Origin: an uncultured Microthrixaceae bacterium
GTDB taxonomy: Bacteria > Actinomycetota > Acidimicrobiia > Acidimicrobiales > Acidimicrobilacustridaceae
Length of the DNA stretch: 64,000 bases
Assembly: GCA_963776435.1 (NCBI GenBank)
Contig: CAVZMK010000006.1
Coordinates: forward strand, 472,895 to 536,894
Direction: 5' to 3'
Shown here piece by piece: positions 26,989-37,357 of the stretch. The notes beneath the pieces were generated by a model. The model did not search any database, had not been told where the DNA came from, and saw only the letters and a program-made list of their open reading frames with translations. Numbering within the stretch: the stretch's first letter is position 1; every line of letters starts with the position of its first letter. Position numbers and translations under genes: made by a program.

Positions 26989-29348
26989 TCAGCGGGGCTG
27001 GTCGACGCGCACTTCGCGCGCGTCGAGGTACGTGAGCACCCGACGCCACCGCGGTCGCTGCTGGGCCACCAGGGTGCGTACGGAGCCGGTCGACTCCTCC
27101 GCCCGTCGAGCCGCGTCGTCGTCGATGAGGTCGACGCCGAAGACGGCCGCGTCGGCCGAGGCGGCGAGGTCGTGCAGCTCGGCGGTCTGGGTCGGTAGGC
27201 GGTTCGAGGCCCGGTCGGCGAACTCCCTCGCGGTCTCGTCGGGCCGGCGGGCGGTCCCCACGAGGGCCAGGGCCTCCTCCGACTCGAGCCACGCCACCTT
27301 GACCCGGGCCGCGGGATCGCGCGCGAGCGCCCGGCGCCGCCGCCGGGCGTAGGCGTACAGCGCGGGGACGACGGCCGCGTACAAGAACGCCGCCACCAGC
27401 AGGACGAGGGCGACGGCGGACGTCCACGCCGCCAGATCGACGCTCGAGTGGTGGCCGGCCGTGGTCGGGGTGGGTTCGGTCTTCAACTTGTTGTCGGGCT
27501 TCACGGTGGGAACCGTGAGCGGCGCGGTCGACGGCGTCGTGCTCGTCTTCGGGAGCGTCGAGGTGGGGCCGCCACCCGGGTTGTCGTTCTGGGCCGGCGG
27601 GATGCCGAGGTAGGTCGCCTCACCTGGCGCACCGCGTCCGGGAGTCGGTTCGAACGGCACCCAGCCGAACTGGCCGAGGTACACCTCGGGCCAGGCGTGG
27701 GCCTGGCCGCCCTTGACCTCGTAGCGGGTCGGGTTGGTCGGGTCGCTCTGGCCCTGGGTGAACCCGACCGCCACCCGGGTGGGCAGTCCGACCGCACGGG
27801 CCAGCGCCGCGAACGTTCCGGCGAACTGCTGGCAGTAGCCCCGGCGGACCCGCAGGAAGGTGTCGATGGCGTTGTCGTCGTTGGCGAAGTTGACGGTGGT
27901 GTCGTAGCTGAACAGCTTCGGGTCGCGGAAGTACGACTGCAGCGCGAGGGCCTTGTCGTAGGGGGTCGTGGCGCCGGCCGTCACCTGCCTGGCGATCGCG
28001 CGGGCGTTGGCGCTCAGGCCGGGCACGGCCAGGTCGCCGCGGATGGACGACGGGATGTCGGTGCTGGCGTGGCGGAGATCGTCGGGTCGGAAGGTCGGGA
28101 GCACCGACCGCACGGTGTAGGTCTGGTTGTCGGAGCTCGGCAGGTTGGTGTCGACGATGAGCGTGGCCGAGCTGCCCTGGTAGCGCACCTTGAAGTCCGG
28201 CGATTCGATGCCGACCGGCACGTAGGCGGCGGGGAGCCACAGCTCGGCGAGCGAGACGATCGTGAAGGTCTGGGTGAGCTGGGCCTTGCGGCCCGGGTCG
28301 GGGATGCCCTTGGGGAGCGTGCCCGACAGGGAGCCGTCGGCGCGAGTCGTACCGGCCGCTCGACTTCCAGATCGTGCCGTCGAAGGTGTCGAGCGAGGTC
28401 AGCCGCCAGTACGCCGGGCGGGGACTGGTGACGATGAACACCGTGTTGTCGGACTGCTTGTTCAGCTTGCTCTGGATGTCGACGAGCGGGCTGATCGTGA
28501 CGCGGGCGTTGCTGCCGCCCCGGTTGCCGTGCCAGTGGACGACGCCCGGCTGACCGGCGCCGGGCAGGTGCGGTCCCACGAGCGCGCCGCCGACGATCGC
28601 GAACGTGGTCGCCGCCACGCCCGCGTGCACGAGCCACGACGAGCCGCGCTCGACCTCGTTCGCCAGCCAGGTCGTCGAGCGCTCGCGCTGGGCCACCCGG
28701 TGCTCGAGTACGAACAGGAGGGCCATCGACGCGTAGAGCGTGGTCGAGAACACCTGTAGCCGTGTCGAGCCGACGAACGCGGTGAAGCCGAACAGCGTCA
28801 GGGTGGGGACGAGCGCCTCGATCGGCGCCCAGAGGCGGAAGGCGGCCCAGTCGGCCAGGAACACCGCGAAGCAGATCGCGAACGCCGACACCAGCATGAA
28901 GCCGGGCCGCGCGGTGGTCGGCGCGACGACCTGCTGGAACGCGTGCCACGACGACTGCAGGGCGTTGCGGGCCGTGTGGACCGTGTCGGGGGTGGGCAGC
29001 AGCAGGCGCGTGGTGGCGCCGAACAGCAACCAGCTGGCCATGAACACGAACCCGACGAGGCTCAGGCCGCTGACCAGGAGGAGACCGAGGCCGCGGCGGC
29101 GGGCCAGGCCGAGGCCGAGGTGCAGCGTGCCCGCCATCACGATGAGCGGGCCGACGAACGAGCCGCCGTCGAACACCCGGCTGAACGACACGATCACCGC
29201 GAGCGTGACGAGGGCGAGGAACCACTCGGCCGAGATCTGGTGGTCCGGCGACCACGGGTCGGGGACGAGGCGCTCGGGCCGGCCGGACGACGCGGCGGCG
29301 GCTCGCGGGGCCGGCGGGCGGAGCGGCGGCGGTGTCCACGTCGGTCAT
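26989..29348 (-). pseudogene. transglutaminase-domain membrane protein (TgpA-like), 2 frame breaks
   Basis: The multi-TM N-terminal half is in ORF 27620-29197. The transglutaminase core RRGYCQQFAGTFAALARAVGLPTRVAVGF...GGQAHAWPEVY is in ORF 26989-28221. The extreme N-terminus MTDVDTAAAPPAG is in the frame of ORF 28014-30140. Breaks are near 28.33 and 29.25 kb. The ATG overlaps the DUF58 stop (ATGA). Length 2360 nt = 2 mod 3. Confidence 0.75.
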
Positions 29349-30648
29349 CGGGGGAACCTCGCCCAGCGGTCCCAGTCGTCGCCGCTGGCGCGGTCGGTCG
29401 CGGCGGGCCCGGTCGAGGCGGCCGTGACCGGGGCCTTGCCCGGCGCTCGCCACCCGCTCGACGCCCGTCGCGTGGGTCGGGCCGAACGGTTCCAGGTCGC
29501 CGCGAACGGTGCCGCGCTGGTGATCGGCAGCACCCCGGCCCGATCGGGAGTGCTCGCCGGTGGCGCGGTCGGATCCCACGAGGAGCGGTCGAACTGGACG
29601 ATCGAGAGCGAGCCGAAGCGCGGTCGCAGTCGGGCCAGGCGTTCGAGCTCGGCCTGGCCGACCAGCGCCACCACCACGACCAGCGCGCCACCGGGCGCGC
29701 CCCGGGCGAGCCGGTCGAGCACCCGCTGGAAGGCGGCCTCGTTGGTGGCCTCGACGCTGGCCAGGTGCTCCATGATCGCCTCGATGTGGGCGTGGCCGGC
29801 GGCGAAGCCGGAGTCGGCGCCGTCGGTCGACACCAGGCGCACGAGATCCTGGCGGCGCGCGCTCGAGGCCACGATGCTGGCCGCGGCGGAGATCACGAGC
29901 TCGAGCGAGTCGGCGGTGTTGGTCGACGACGCGCACGTCGACGAGCACGGTGGCCCGTCCCTGCCAGGGCAGCTCGTCCTGGCGCACCATCAGGTCGTCG
30001 TGGCGGGCGGTCGAGGGCCAGTGCACGCGGCGCAGGTCGTCGCCCACGACGTACTCGCGCAGCGCGTAGAAGTCCTCGCCGCCGCGGCCGAGCGAGTTGG
30101 GGTGCTCGGCGCCGGCCAGCGGGTCGTTGCCGGTCGTCATGCGGCAGCGGGTCGAGCTCGTCGATCCGCGGGTAGACCGTCAGCTCGGAAGCGCCGGACG
30201 CCGTCATCGTCATGCGGGCCATCCCGAACGGATCGGACAGCTCGATGTCGAGCGGGCCGATGGTGAGGATGCCGCGCCGCTCGGTCGGGAGGCGGTAGGC
30301 GGCGCGAGCCGATTCGCCCGGGGCGAGCGGGCCGACGAGCAGCCGCGCGCCCGCGCGTGCCCGACACGGCGTCGTGCAGGCTCAGCAGCGGCGAGCGACC
30401 GTTGCCGCGGTTGTCGACCGCGCACGTCGACACGACTCGGCGTGCCGGCGTGCACGCGGGCCGGATGCAGCTCGCGCGACACCTCGATGCGCACCCGGGT
30501 GCAGCATGACCCCGAGCAGGGTGACCACCACGAGGGTCGAGCAGCACCGCCGGCGAACACGTAGAGCTCGATCGAGCCCACGCAGGCGGCCCGCGACGAA
30601 CAGAGCGATGGCCGCGAGGAGGGTCAAGCGACCCTGGCGGGTCAGCAC
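29345..30648 (-). pseudogene. DUF58-family protein (MoxR-associated), about 5 frame breaks
   Basis: Hallmark block FYALREYVVGDDLRRVHWPSTARHDDLMVRQDE (ORF 28014-30140). The N-terminal TM segment MLTRQGRLTLLAAIALFVAG is in ORF 30382-30648. TIGPLDIELSDPFGMARM is in ORF 29893-30222 and neighbours. The C-terminal part is in ORF 29345-29896. Length 1304 nt = 2 mod 3. Confidence 0.7.
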
Positions 30649-30651
30649 GCG

Positions 30652-31626
30652 CTAGGGGGCGGTGTCGGTGGGGACGGGCACGGTCCTCAGGATCTCATCG
30701 AGCAGGTCGGATGAGCTCGCGCCCTGCAGCTGGGCCTCGGCGGTGACCAGCAGCCGGTGGGCCAGCACCAGCCCGGCCAGCTCCTTGAGGTCGTCGGGCA
30801 GCACGTAGGCCCGGCCGTCGGCCGCCGCCTTCGCCCGCCCGACCCGCATGAGGCTGAGCGTCGCTCGCGGCGACATGCCGAGCGCGAACTGTGGGTGTCG
30901 GCGGGTCGTGTCGGCGAGGTCGACGAGGTAGGCCTTGAGGCTGGGGGCGACGTGCACGGCGCGCGCCGCCGCGATCATCGCCTCGACGTCGCCGGGGCCC
31001 ACGACGGCCCCGATGTCGTCGAGCGTCGTGTGGTCGCCGTGCGCGTCGAGCACGTCGATCTCGGCGCTACGCGACGGGTAGCCGACCGACACGCGCATGA
31101 GGAACCGGTCGAGCTGGCTCTCGGGCAGCGGGTAGGTGCCCTCGTGCTCGATCGGGTTCTGCGTGGCGATCACCATGAACGGCGAGCCGAGGGGGTAGGT
31201 GACGTTGTCGACGGTGACCTGGCCCTCGGCCATCGCCTCGAGCAGCGCCGACTGCGTCTTCGGCGAGGCGCGGTTGATCTCGTCGCCGAGCACGATCGGG
31301 GCGAACACCGGACCGGGGCGGAACTCGAAGCGACCGTCGCTGCGGTTCCACACGGTGACGCCGACGACGTCGGAGGGCAGCAGGTCGGGCGTGAACTGGA
31401 TGCGCCCGAAGGGGCAGTCGATCGAGCGGGCGAGCGCCTTGGCCAGGCTCGTCTTGCCGACGCCGGGGACGTCCTCGATGAGCAGGTGGCCCTCGGACAC
31501 GAGGCACAGCAGCGCGAGCTGGATCACCTCGGGCTTGCCCTGGATCACCCGCTGGATGTTGTCCGAGATGGCGCCGAAGGACTCGGCGAAGCTCGGCCGA
31601 TGCGCCACGGTTTCCTGCGTCGCCAA
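30652..31626 (-). CDS. moxR: MoxR-family AAA+ ATPase
   Basis: The C-terminal 324 aa of ORF-track 30652-32058, from TTG 31626 (AGGAG 8 nt upstream). Walker A EDVPGVGKTSLAKALA, Walker B IVLGDEINRASPKTQSALLEAMAE. Intact. Confidence 0.85.
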   Translation of the reverse strand: MATQETVAHRPSFAESFGAISDNIQRVIQGKPEVIQLALLCLVSEGHLLIEDVPGVGKTSLAKALARSIDCPFGRIQFTPDLLPSDVVGVTVWNRSDGRFEFRPGPVFAPIVLGDEINRASPKTQSALLEAMAEGQVTVDNVTYPLGSPFMVIATQNPIEHEGTYPLPESQLDRFLMRVSVGYPSRSAEIDVLDAHGDHTTLDDIGAVVGPGDVEAMIAAARAVHVAPSLKAYLVDLADTTRRHPQFALGMSPRATLSLMRVGRAKAAADGRAYVLPDDLKELAGLVLAHRLLVTAEAQLQGASSSDLLDEILRTVPVPTDTAP

Positions 31627-31779
31627 AACAGGGGCTCCTGACTGGAGGCTCGGACGGGGTCGAGGGACCCCAGGGATGTGTTCGGTGCCGGGACCCTTCC
31701 CGGTTTCCAACAGGTTACGTCGGTCGTCCCCGATCCATCGGCGGGGCCGGGTCGGCCTGGAGGGATAGCGTCCGGATCG

Positions 31780-32671
31780 ATGGCTGACCCCGCCGCACCG
31801 GTGCTCGCGATCGACATCGGTGGGACGAAGCTGGCCGCCGCCGTGGTCGACCTCGGAGGGCGAGATCGCCAGCCGGGGCTCGGTGCCGACCGCGACCGGC
31901 GGGACCGCCGACGGAGCTGTTCGGAGCGCTGGAGGAGATCGCGGACGACGTGCGGCGGGCCGCGCGTCGAAGTCCACGGCCTGGCGCCCGACCGTGTGCG
32001 GCGTGGGATGCGGCGGACCGATGACGACCGGCGGCGAGGCGGTGTCGCCGCTCAACATCCCGGCGTGGCGCGACTTCCCGCTGCGGTCGCGCCTCGAGGC
32101 CGCACTCGAGCTGCCCGACCTGCGTCGACAACGACGCCAAGGCGCTCGCGCTCGGGGAGGGATGGATGGGCGCGGCCCGCGGGTGCGCCGACTACATCGC
32201 CATGGTCGTGTCGACCGGCGTCGGGGGCGGGATCGTGCTCGACGGCCGACTGCTCGACGGGGCCCAGGGCAACGCCGGCCACATCGGCCACCTGATCGTC
32301 GAGCCGGACGGCCGGCGCTGTCGCTGCGGGAGCCAGGGCTGCCTCGAGGCCGAGGCGTCGGGCACCGCGATCGCGGCGATCACCGGTCGCAGCCCGGCCG
32401 AGGCCGACGCCGCGACCGATCGAGCGCACCGGTCGGCTCGTCGGTCGCGCGGTCGCGATGGTGGCGGTGCTGCTCGACCTTCCGCTCGCGGTCGTGGCCG
32501 GCTCGGTGGCCCTCGGCTTCGGCGAGCCCTTCTTCGCGCCGGCCCAAGCGGAGATCGACCGCGTGGCACGACTCGACTACGCCCGGGGTTGTCGCATCGC
32601 GCCGGCCGGGCTGGGGGCCGACGGCGCCGCTCGTCGGGGCCGCCGCGGTCGGCCTCCGGCTCCGCAACTGA
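31780..32671 (+). pseudogene. second ROK-family kinase/regulator-like gene, about 7 frame breaks
   Basis: LAIDIGGTKLAAAVVDLGG (ORF 31678), CGVGCGGPMTTGGEAVSPLNIPAWRDFPLRSRLEAALELP (ORF 31820), YIAMVVSTGVGGGIVLDGRLLDGAQGNAGHIGHLIVEPDGRRCRCGSQGCLEAEASG (ORF 32166) and MVAVLLDLPLAVVAGSVALGFGEPFF (ORF 32458). It ends in the ORF 31820 frame (PLVGAAAVGLRLRN*). Length 892 nt = 1 mod 3. Confidence 0.65.
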
Positions 32672-32704
32672 GCCTCGGCCCCGGGGGAAGTACCCTCGAT
32701 CGTC

Positions 32705-33961
32705 GTGCAACCCACCTACACAGCCGAGGCGGAGGCGTACCGGGAGAAGATCCAAGCCTTCCTCGCCGAGCAGCTGCCGACGGGGTGGCTCGGCGTCGGC
32801 GCGTTGCCGAAGGCCGAGGCCGAGCAGTTCGCACGCGACTGGCGGGTCGCGCTGCACGATCACGGTCTGCTGGCCGCGTCCTGGCCCCGCGAATACGGCG
32901 GCGGTGGGCTGAGCGAGCTCGAGCAGGTGATCCTGGTCGAGGAGTTCTACCGGGCGGGCGTGCCCACCGGTACGAGCAACGACGTGTTCGGCATCCAGAT
33001 GGTCGGCAACACCATCCTGCAGTGGGGGACCGAGGAGCAGAAGCAGCACTACCTGCCGCGCATCCTCTCGGGCGAGGATCTCTGGTGCCAGGGCTACTCC
33101 GAGCCCAACGCCGGCTCCGATCTGGGGAACCTCGGGTGTCGCGCCGTGCTCGACGGCGACGAGTGGGTCATCAACGGCCAGAAGACGTGGACCTCCGCGG
33201 GCCATCTCGCCAACTGGATCTTCGTGCTCGCCCGCACCAACCCCGACGCGCCCAAGCACAAAGGCATCTCGTTCCTGCTCGTCCCGATGGACCAACCGGG
33301 TGTCGAGGTCCGGCCGATCCGCATGATCACGGGTGACTCCGAGTTCAACGAGGTGTTCTTCAGCGATGCCCGCACCCCGGTGGAGAACGTGGTCGGCCAG
33401 GTCGACGCGGGATGGGCCGTGGCGATGACCCTGCTCGGCTACGAGCGCGGCGAGAGCGCCGCCACCTTCCCCATCATGTTCCGCACCGAGCTGGACCGGC
33501 TCACCGCGCTGGCGGTCGAGTCGGGTCGGGCGGCCGACCCCCTTGTGCGCCAACGTCTGGCCTGGTGCCACTCGAAGGTCGAGATCATGCGGTACCTCGG
33601 CATGCGCACACTGACCGGCTACCTGGCGGGCGGCCATCCCGGACCCGACGCGTCGATCTTCAAGCTCTATTGGAGCGAGTACCACCGGAAGGTCACCGAG
33701 CTGGCCGTCGACATCCTCGGGGCCGAGTCCATGATCCCCTCGGGTCGGGCGCCGTCGAACTCGTTCCAGGCCGACGATGCGGGCGCACCCAACGACAGCG
33801 CGTCCTGGGTTGGCACCTTCTTCGTCGCGCGTGCCGGCACGATCTACGCGGGCACGTCACAGGTGCAGCGCAACATCCTCGGCGAGATGGTGCTGGGGTT
33901 GCCAAAGGAGCCCGGCCCGGCCAAGGGGTCGTGGCGAGACCAACAACGCGCCGATCCGTGA
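32705..33961 (+). CDS. acyl-CoA dehydrogenase family protein
   Basis: ORF-track 32705-33961, 418 aa. Blocks present: WCQGYSEPNAGSDLGNL, INGQKTWTSAG, the later IYAGTSQVQRNILGE. Intact. Confidence 0.85.
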   Translation: MQPTYTAEAEAYREKIQAFLAEQLPTGWLGVGALPKAEAEQFARDWRVALHDHGLLAASWPREYGGGGLSELEQVILVEEFYRAGVPTGTSNDVFGIQMVGNTILQWGTEEQKQHYLPRILSGEDLWCQGYSEPNAGSDLGNLGCRAVLDGDEWVINGQKTWTSAGHLANWIFVLARTNPDAPKHKGISFLLVPMDQPGVEVRPIRMITGDSEFNEVFFSDARTPVENVVGQVDAGWAVAMTLLGYERGESAATFPIMFRTELDRLTALAVESGRAADPLVRQRLAWCHSKVEIMRYLGMRTLTGYLAGGHPGPDASIFKLYWSEYHRKVTELAVDILGAESMIPSGRAPSNSFQADDAGAPNDSASWVGTFFVARAGTIYAGTSQVQRNILGEMVLGLPKEPGPAKGSWRDQQRADP

Positions 33962-34218
33962 CGAGCCGCCGCTGGGTGCTGGGTGCGACGCGCGCCGTGC
34001 TCCTCCACCCGGCGTTGTGGGCGACGGCGGTGCATCAGGTCCGGGTGCTGGCCCGACCCGGGTGGTGGCGCGCCCGTCCGTGGCTGCCGTTGCCGGATCC
34101 CGAGTACCTCCGGTTCCGGTTGCAGACGGCGTATGGCGACGCCGAACGCGAACCCACGCCCACCGACGTCGTGACGTACCTGCACTGGTGCCGGGCCTGG
34201 CCGCGCGTGACGAGCTGA
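33958..34218 (+). CDS. hypothetical protein, translationally coupled to the acyl-CoA dehydrogenase gene
   Basis: The tail of ORF-track 33412-34218, from GTG 33958, which overlaps the upstream stop (GTGA). 86 aa, Trp/Arg-rich. No family recognised. Confidence 0.4.
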   Translation: MTSRRWVLGATRAVLLHPALWATAVHQVRVLARPGWWRARPWLPLPDPEYLRFRLQTAYGDAEREPTPTDVVTYLHWCRAWPRVTS

Positions 34219-34280
34219 AGCGGCGTCGGATCGCGCGATTTGGCCGACCGGCGCGAGAGGTGCCGGGTAACCTCGTGCAG

Positions 34281-34781
34281 ATGGGCCGGTCCCTCGTGCT
34301 CAACGCGACCTACGAGCCCCTCTGCGTGGTGTCCCATCGGCGCGCCGTCGTGCTGGTGCTGAGCGACAAGGCCGACCTCGTCCACGACACCGGCGAGGCG
34401 CTCCATTCCGAGCGGCTCACCGTCGCGATCCCGTCGGTGGTGCGGCTGCGCTCGTTCGTGCGGGTGCCCTTCCAGCGCCGGGCCGCGATCAGCCGGCGAG
34501 GTGTGTTCGTGCGTGACGGCGGCGAGTGCCAGTACTGCGGGAACCGGGCCGAGAGCATCGACCACGTCGTCCCCCGCAGCCGCGGGGGCGAGCACGTGTG
34601 GGAGAACGTCGTCGCCGCCTGCCGACGGTGCAACACGTCGAAGCGCGACCGATACCTCCACGAGACGGGCATGCACCTCCAGCGTGAGCCGGCCGCGCCC
34701 CGACACCTCAGCTGGGTCACGGTGGCGGTAGGGCAGGTGCCGGAGCTCTGGGAGCCCTACCTCGACGCGATCCCGGCCTGA
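34281..34781 (+). CDS. HNH endonuclease family protein
   Basis: The tail of ORF-track 33777-34781, from ATG 34281. HNH/zinc motif: CQYCGNRAESIDHVVPRSRGGEHVWENVVAACRRCNTSK. Confidence 0.8.
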   Translation: MGRSLVLNATYEPLCVVSHRRAVVLVLSDKADLVHDTGEALHSERLTVAIPSVVRLRSFVRVPFQRRAAISRRGVFVRDGGECQYCGNRAESIDHVVPRSRGGEHVWENVVAACRRCNTSKRDRYLHETGMHLQREPAAPRHLSWVTVAVGQVPELWEPYLDAIPA

Positions 34782-34782
34782 G

Positions 34783-35911
34783 GTGTCCGCCGACTGGCTC
34801 GAGGTCGCGGCGTTCGAGCTGGTACGGGTGCGGATCCCGCTGCGGCGCGCCAGGCAGGCCGCGCACGGGACCATGCCGTCCGAACGCGATGTCGTGCTGG
34901 TGCGCGCCATCGGTTCCGACGGGGTCGAAGGCTGGGGGGAGTGCAGCGCGCTCGAGGCCCCGACCTACAGCGGTGAGTACACCGACGGCGCGTGGGCCGT
35001 GCTGCGCGATCTCATCGTCCCGGTCGCGTTGGCCGGTGGCCGCAACCGCGGGATGGGCCACCCCATGGCGTCCACCTCGGTCGATGTGGCCGTCTCGGAC
35101 CTGTCGTTCCGCCGCCAAGGCGTCACCCTGGCGGCCGCGCTCGGCCTCGACGAGCTCGGCGTGCGCCGACTCGCCTGGACGGCGGTCATCGGGGTGCAGT
35201 CCTCCGTCGACGACGTGTTGGGCGACGTCGACGACGCGCTCAGCCGTGGCGCCGCGAGCGTGAAGCTCAAGATCTGTCCCGGTTGGGACCTCGAGCCCGT
35301 CCGGGCGGTGCGCGCCGCCTATCCGGACCTGCGGATCTCCGCCGACGCCAACGGCTCGTACGAGCGCGACGACGGCGACCATCTCGTCGAGCTGGCCCGC
35401 GTCCTCGCCGAGCACGACGGCTACCTCGAGCAGCCGCTGGCCGCGGAGGACCTGACCGGCCTGACCCGCCTCGGGGCCCGCACGCGGGCGCGGGTGGCCC
35501 TCGACGAGTCGGTGGTGTCGGCCACCGACTCGGGCATCCTCGGCGCGTTGCGCAACCGTGGGCTCATCAACGTGAAGCCCGCCCGCCTCGGCGGGGTCAG
35601 CTCGACGCTGGCGCTCGCCGAGGTCGTGGCCAGCCTGAGGCCCAAGCGACGACCGGAGACGTTCCTCGGCGGCATGTTCGAGACAGGAGTCGGGCCGGTC
35701 GTCTGCGCTGGCCATGGGTGCGGTGACGGTGTCGCTGCCCGAGACCGACCTCGGTCCGAGCGCGTGGTACTTCGACGACGACGTGACCTCGCCTGTGGTG
35801 CTCGGACCGGACGGGCGGCACACGACGTCGTCCGAGCCTGGTCTGAGCCTCGCGCCCCGACCCGATCGGCTCGTCGAGGTGGCGGTCGATCGCCTGACGA
35901 TCCGGCCGTGA
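34783..35911 (+). pseudogene. enolase-superfamily enzyme (o-succinylbenzoate synthase / N-acylamino-acid racemase-like), one +1 frame break
   Basis: ORF 34783-36546 carries GWGECSALEAPTYSGEY, the KxK motif (SVKLKICPG), ISADANGSY, YLEQPL, VALDESV and INVKPARLGG. After GGMFETGVG the end of the protein is in ORF 35714-35911. The break is near 35.70 kb. Length 1129 nt = 1 mod 3. Confidence 0.7.
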
Positions 35912-36546
35912 GTGGACGGTGGCGGGTCGAGCATCGCTCGGGCTCGGCCGCCGCGTTGCACGCGCTCGACTGGCCGGATCCGCTCGTGCCGACCGTGTGG
36001 ACGATGGAGGTCGACGCGCCCGCGCTCGTGCTGGGGTCGACGCAGGCGGCGTCATCGGTCGATGCGGCGGCGCTGGCACGCGAGGGCATCGCGCTGACCG
36101 GCCGCCGGAGCGGCGGGGGAGCGGTCCTGGTCGAGCCGCGAGACACGATCTGGATCGACGTGTTCGTGCCGCGGGGCGATCCGCAGTGGGACGACGACGT
36201 GAATCGGTCGTTCCTGTGGTTGGGCCGAGCGTGGCAGCAGGCGCTGGCCGACGTCGGGATCGACGCCGATGTCCACGAGGGCGCGCTGGTGTGCGGCGCC
36301 TTCGGCCGGCAGGTCTGCTTCGCCGCCATCGGCTCGGGGGAGCTCACGGTGGGCGGGGAGAAGGTGGTCGGACTGTCGCAGCGGCGCACGAGGGCCGGCG
36401 CCCGGCTGCAATGCACGGTGTATCGCCGGTGGAACCCCGCACCGCTGGCCGCGCTCGGGATCGACCCGGCCGACCTCCCTACGGTCGCCACCGTCGACGT
36501 CCCCCGATCCCAGATCGAATCCGCCCTCCTCGCCCACCTCCCCTGA
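35908..36546 (+). CDS. biotin/lipoate A/B protein ligase family protein (LplA/LipB-like)
   Basis: In the frame of ORF 34783-36546, from GTG 35908, which overlaps the upstream stop (GTGA). Motifs present: GRRSGGGAVLVEP and GEKVVGLSQRRT. Confidence 0.65.
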   Translation: MSGRWRVEHRSGSAAALHALDWPDPLVPTVWTMEVDAPALVLGSTQAASSVDAAALAREGIALTGRRSGGGAVLVEPRDTIWIDVFVPRGDPQWDDDVNRSFLWLGRAWQQALADVGIDADVHEGALVCGAFGRQVCFAAIGSGELTVGGEKVVGLSQRRTRAGARLQCTVYRRWNPAPLAALGIDPADLPTVATVDVPRSQIESALLAHLP

Positions 36547-36555
36547 CCCCACGAC

Positions 36556-36625
36556 CCAAACCGGGCATCTGTGCACGTCGCCTTGGCGCATTTCGGCGCC
36601 CAGTTTCGGTGGTTGGTCGAATTTC
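36556..36625 (+). repeat. palindromic intergenic repeat, copy 2
   Basis: aaaccgggcatctgtgcacgtcgc (36558-36581) is identical to the reverse complement of 24581-24604. It continues with gcgcatttc and gcccagtttcggtgg, which match copy 1 with a few substitutions. The arms aaaccgggc/gcccagttt pair at 8 of 9 positions. Confidence 0.8.
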
Positions 36626-36677
36626 GGGTGCGTCGCGGGTCGGGATCGGGGACGCTGGCGGGGTGAGCGCGCCCGAC

Positions 36678-37331
36678 ATGACCGTGACCGACCGAACGAC
36701 CTTGCGACGCAAGAAGGAGCGGGGCAGCCACGAACGCGCCGTCGTCGACGCCATCCTCGCCGAGGGCATCGTCGCCCACGTCGCCGTCGGCACCGATGGT
36801 GGTCCGCTGGTTCTACCGATGGTGTACGCGCACCTCGGTGATCACCTCTACCTACACGGCGCGCTGGCCAACCACCTGCTGCGCACCACCTCGGGCCAGC
36901 CCGTGTGCGTCACCGTCACGTTGGTCGACGGCCTCGTCCTGGCGCGCGCCGCGTTCCATCACTCGATCAACTACCGGTCGGTCGTGCTGTTCGGCGAGGC
37001 CGAGCTGGTCGACGACCTCGACGAGAAGCGAGCGGCGATGACGGCACTCGTCGACCACTTGGTACCCGACCGCAGCACCGGCACGCGGCTGCCGACCGAC
37101 GCCGAGCTGCGCACGACCGCCGTCGTGCGGGTGCCCGTGGACGAAGGCTCGGCCAAGATGCGCACCGGCGGCCCCATCGACGACGACGTGGATCTCGACC
37201 TCGACGTATGGGCCGGAGTCATCCCCGTCACGACGACCTTCGGGGTCCCCGAGCCCGACGCCGGTCGGCCGCTCGAGCTGGGCGTGCCCGACCACGTGGC
37301 CGGCCGGGTCACGTCTGTTCGAGATCGCTAG
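36678..37331 (+). CDS. pyridoxamine 5'-phosphate oxidase-like FMN-binding protein
   Basis: The tail of ORF-track 35919-37331, from ATG 36678. Split-barrel pattern: HERAVVDAILAEGIVAHVAV...LVLPMVYAHLGDHLYLHGA...SINYRSVVLFGEA. Confidence 0.7.
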   Translation: MTVTDRTTLRRKKERGSHERAVVDAILAEGIVAHVAVGTDGGPLVLPMVYAHLGDHLYLHGALANHLLRTTSGQPVCVTVTLVDGLVLARAAFHHSINYRSVVLFGEAELVDDLDEKRAAMTALVDHLVPDRSTGTRLPTDAELRTTAVVRVPVDEGSAKMRTGGPIDDDVDLDLDVWAGVIPVTTTFGVPEPDAGRPLELGVPDHVAGRVTSVRDR

Positions 37332-37357
37332 GCGGAGGCTCCGCCAGAGACTCGGTG

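Noticed and set aside
34281-34781. The HNH endonuclease as a sign of a mobile element, homing endonuclease or defence island.
   Set aside because: There is no integrase, transposase, flanking repeat or methyltransferase nearby. By eye I saw no compositional shift in or around the gene. It sits among metabolic genes and resembles the small stand-alone HNH proteins common in actinobacterial core genomes.
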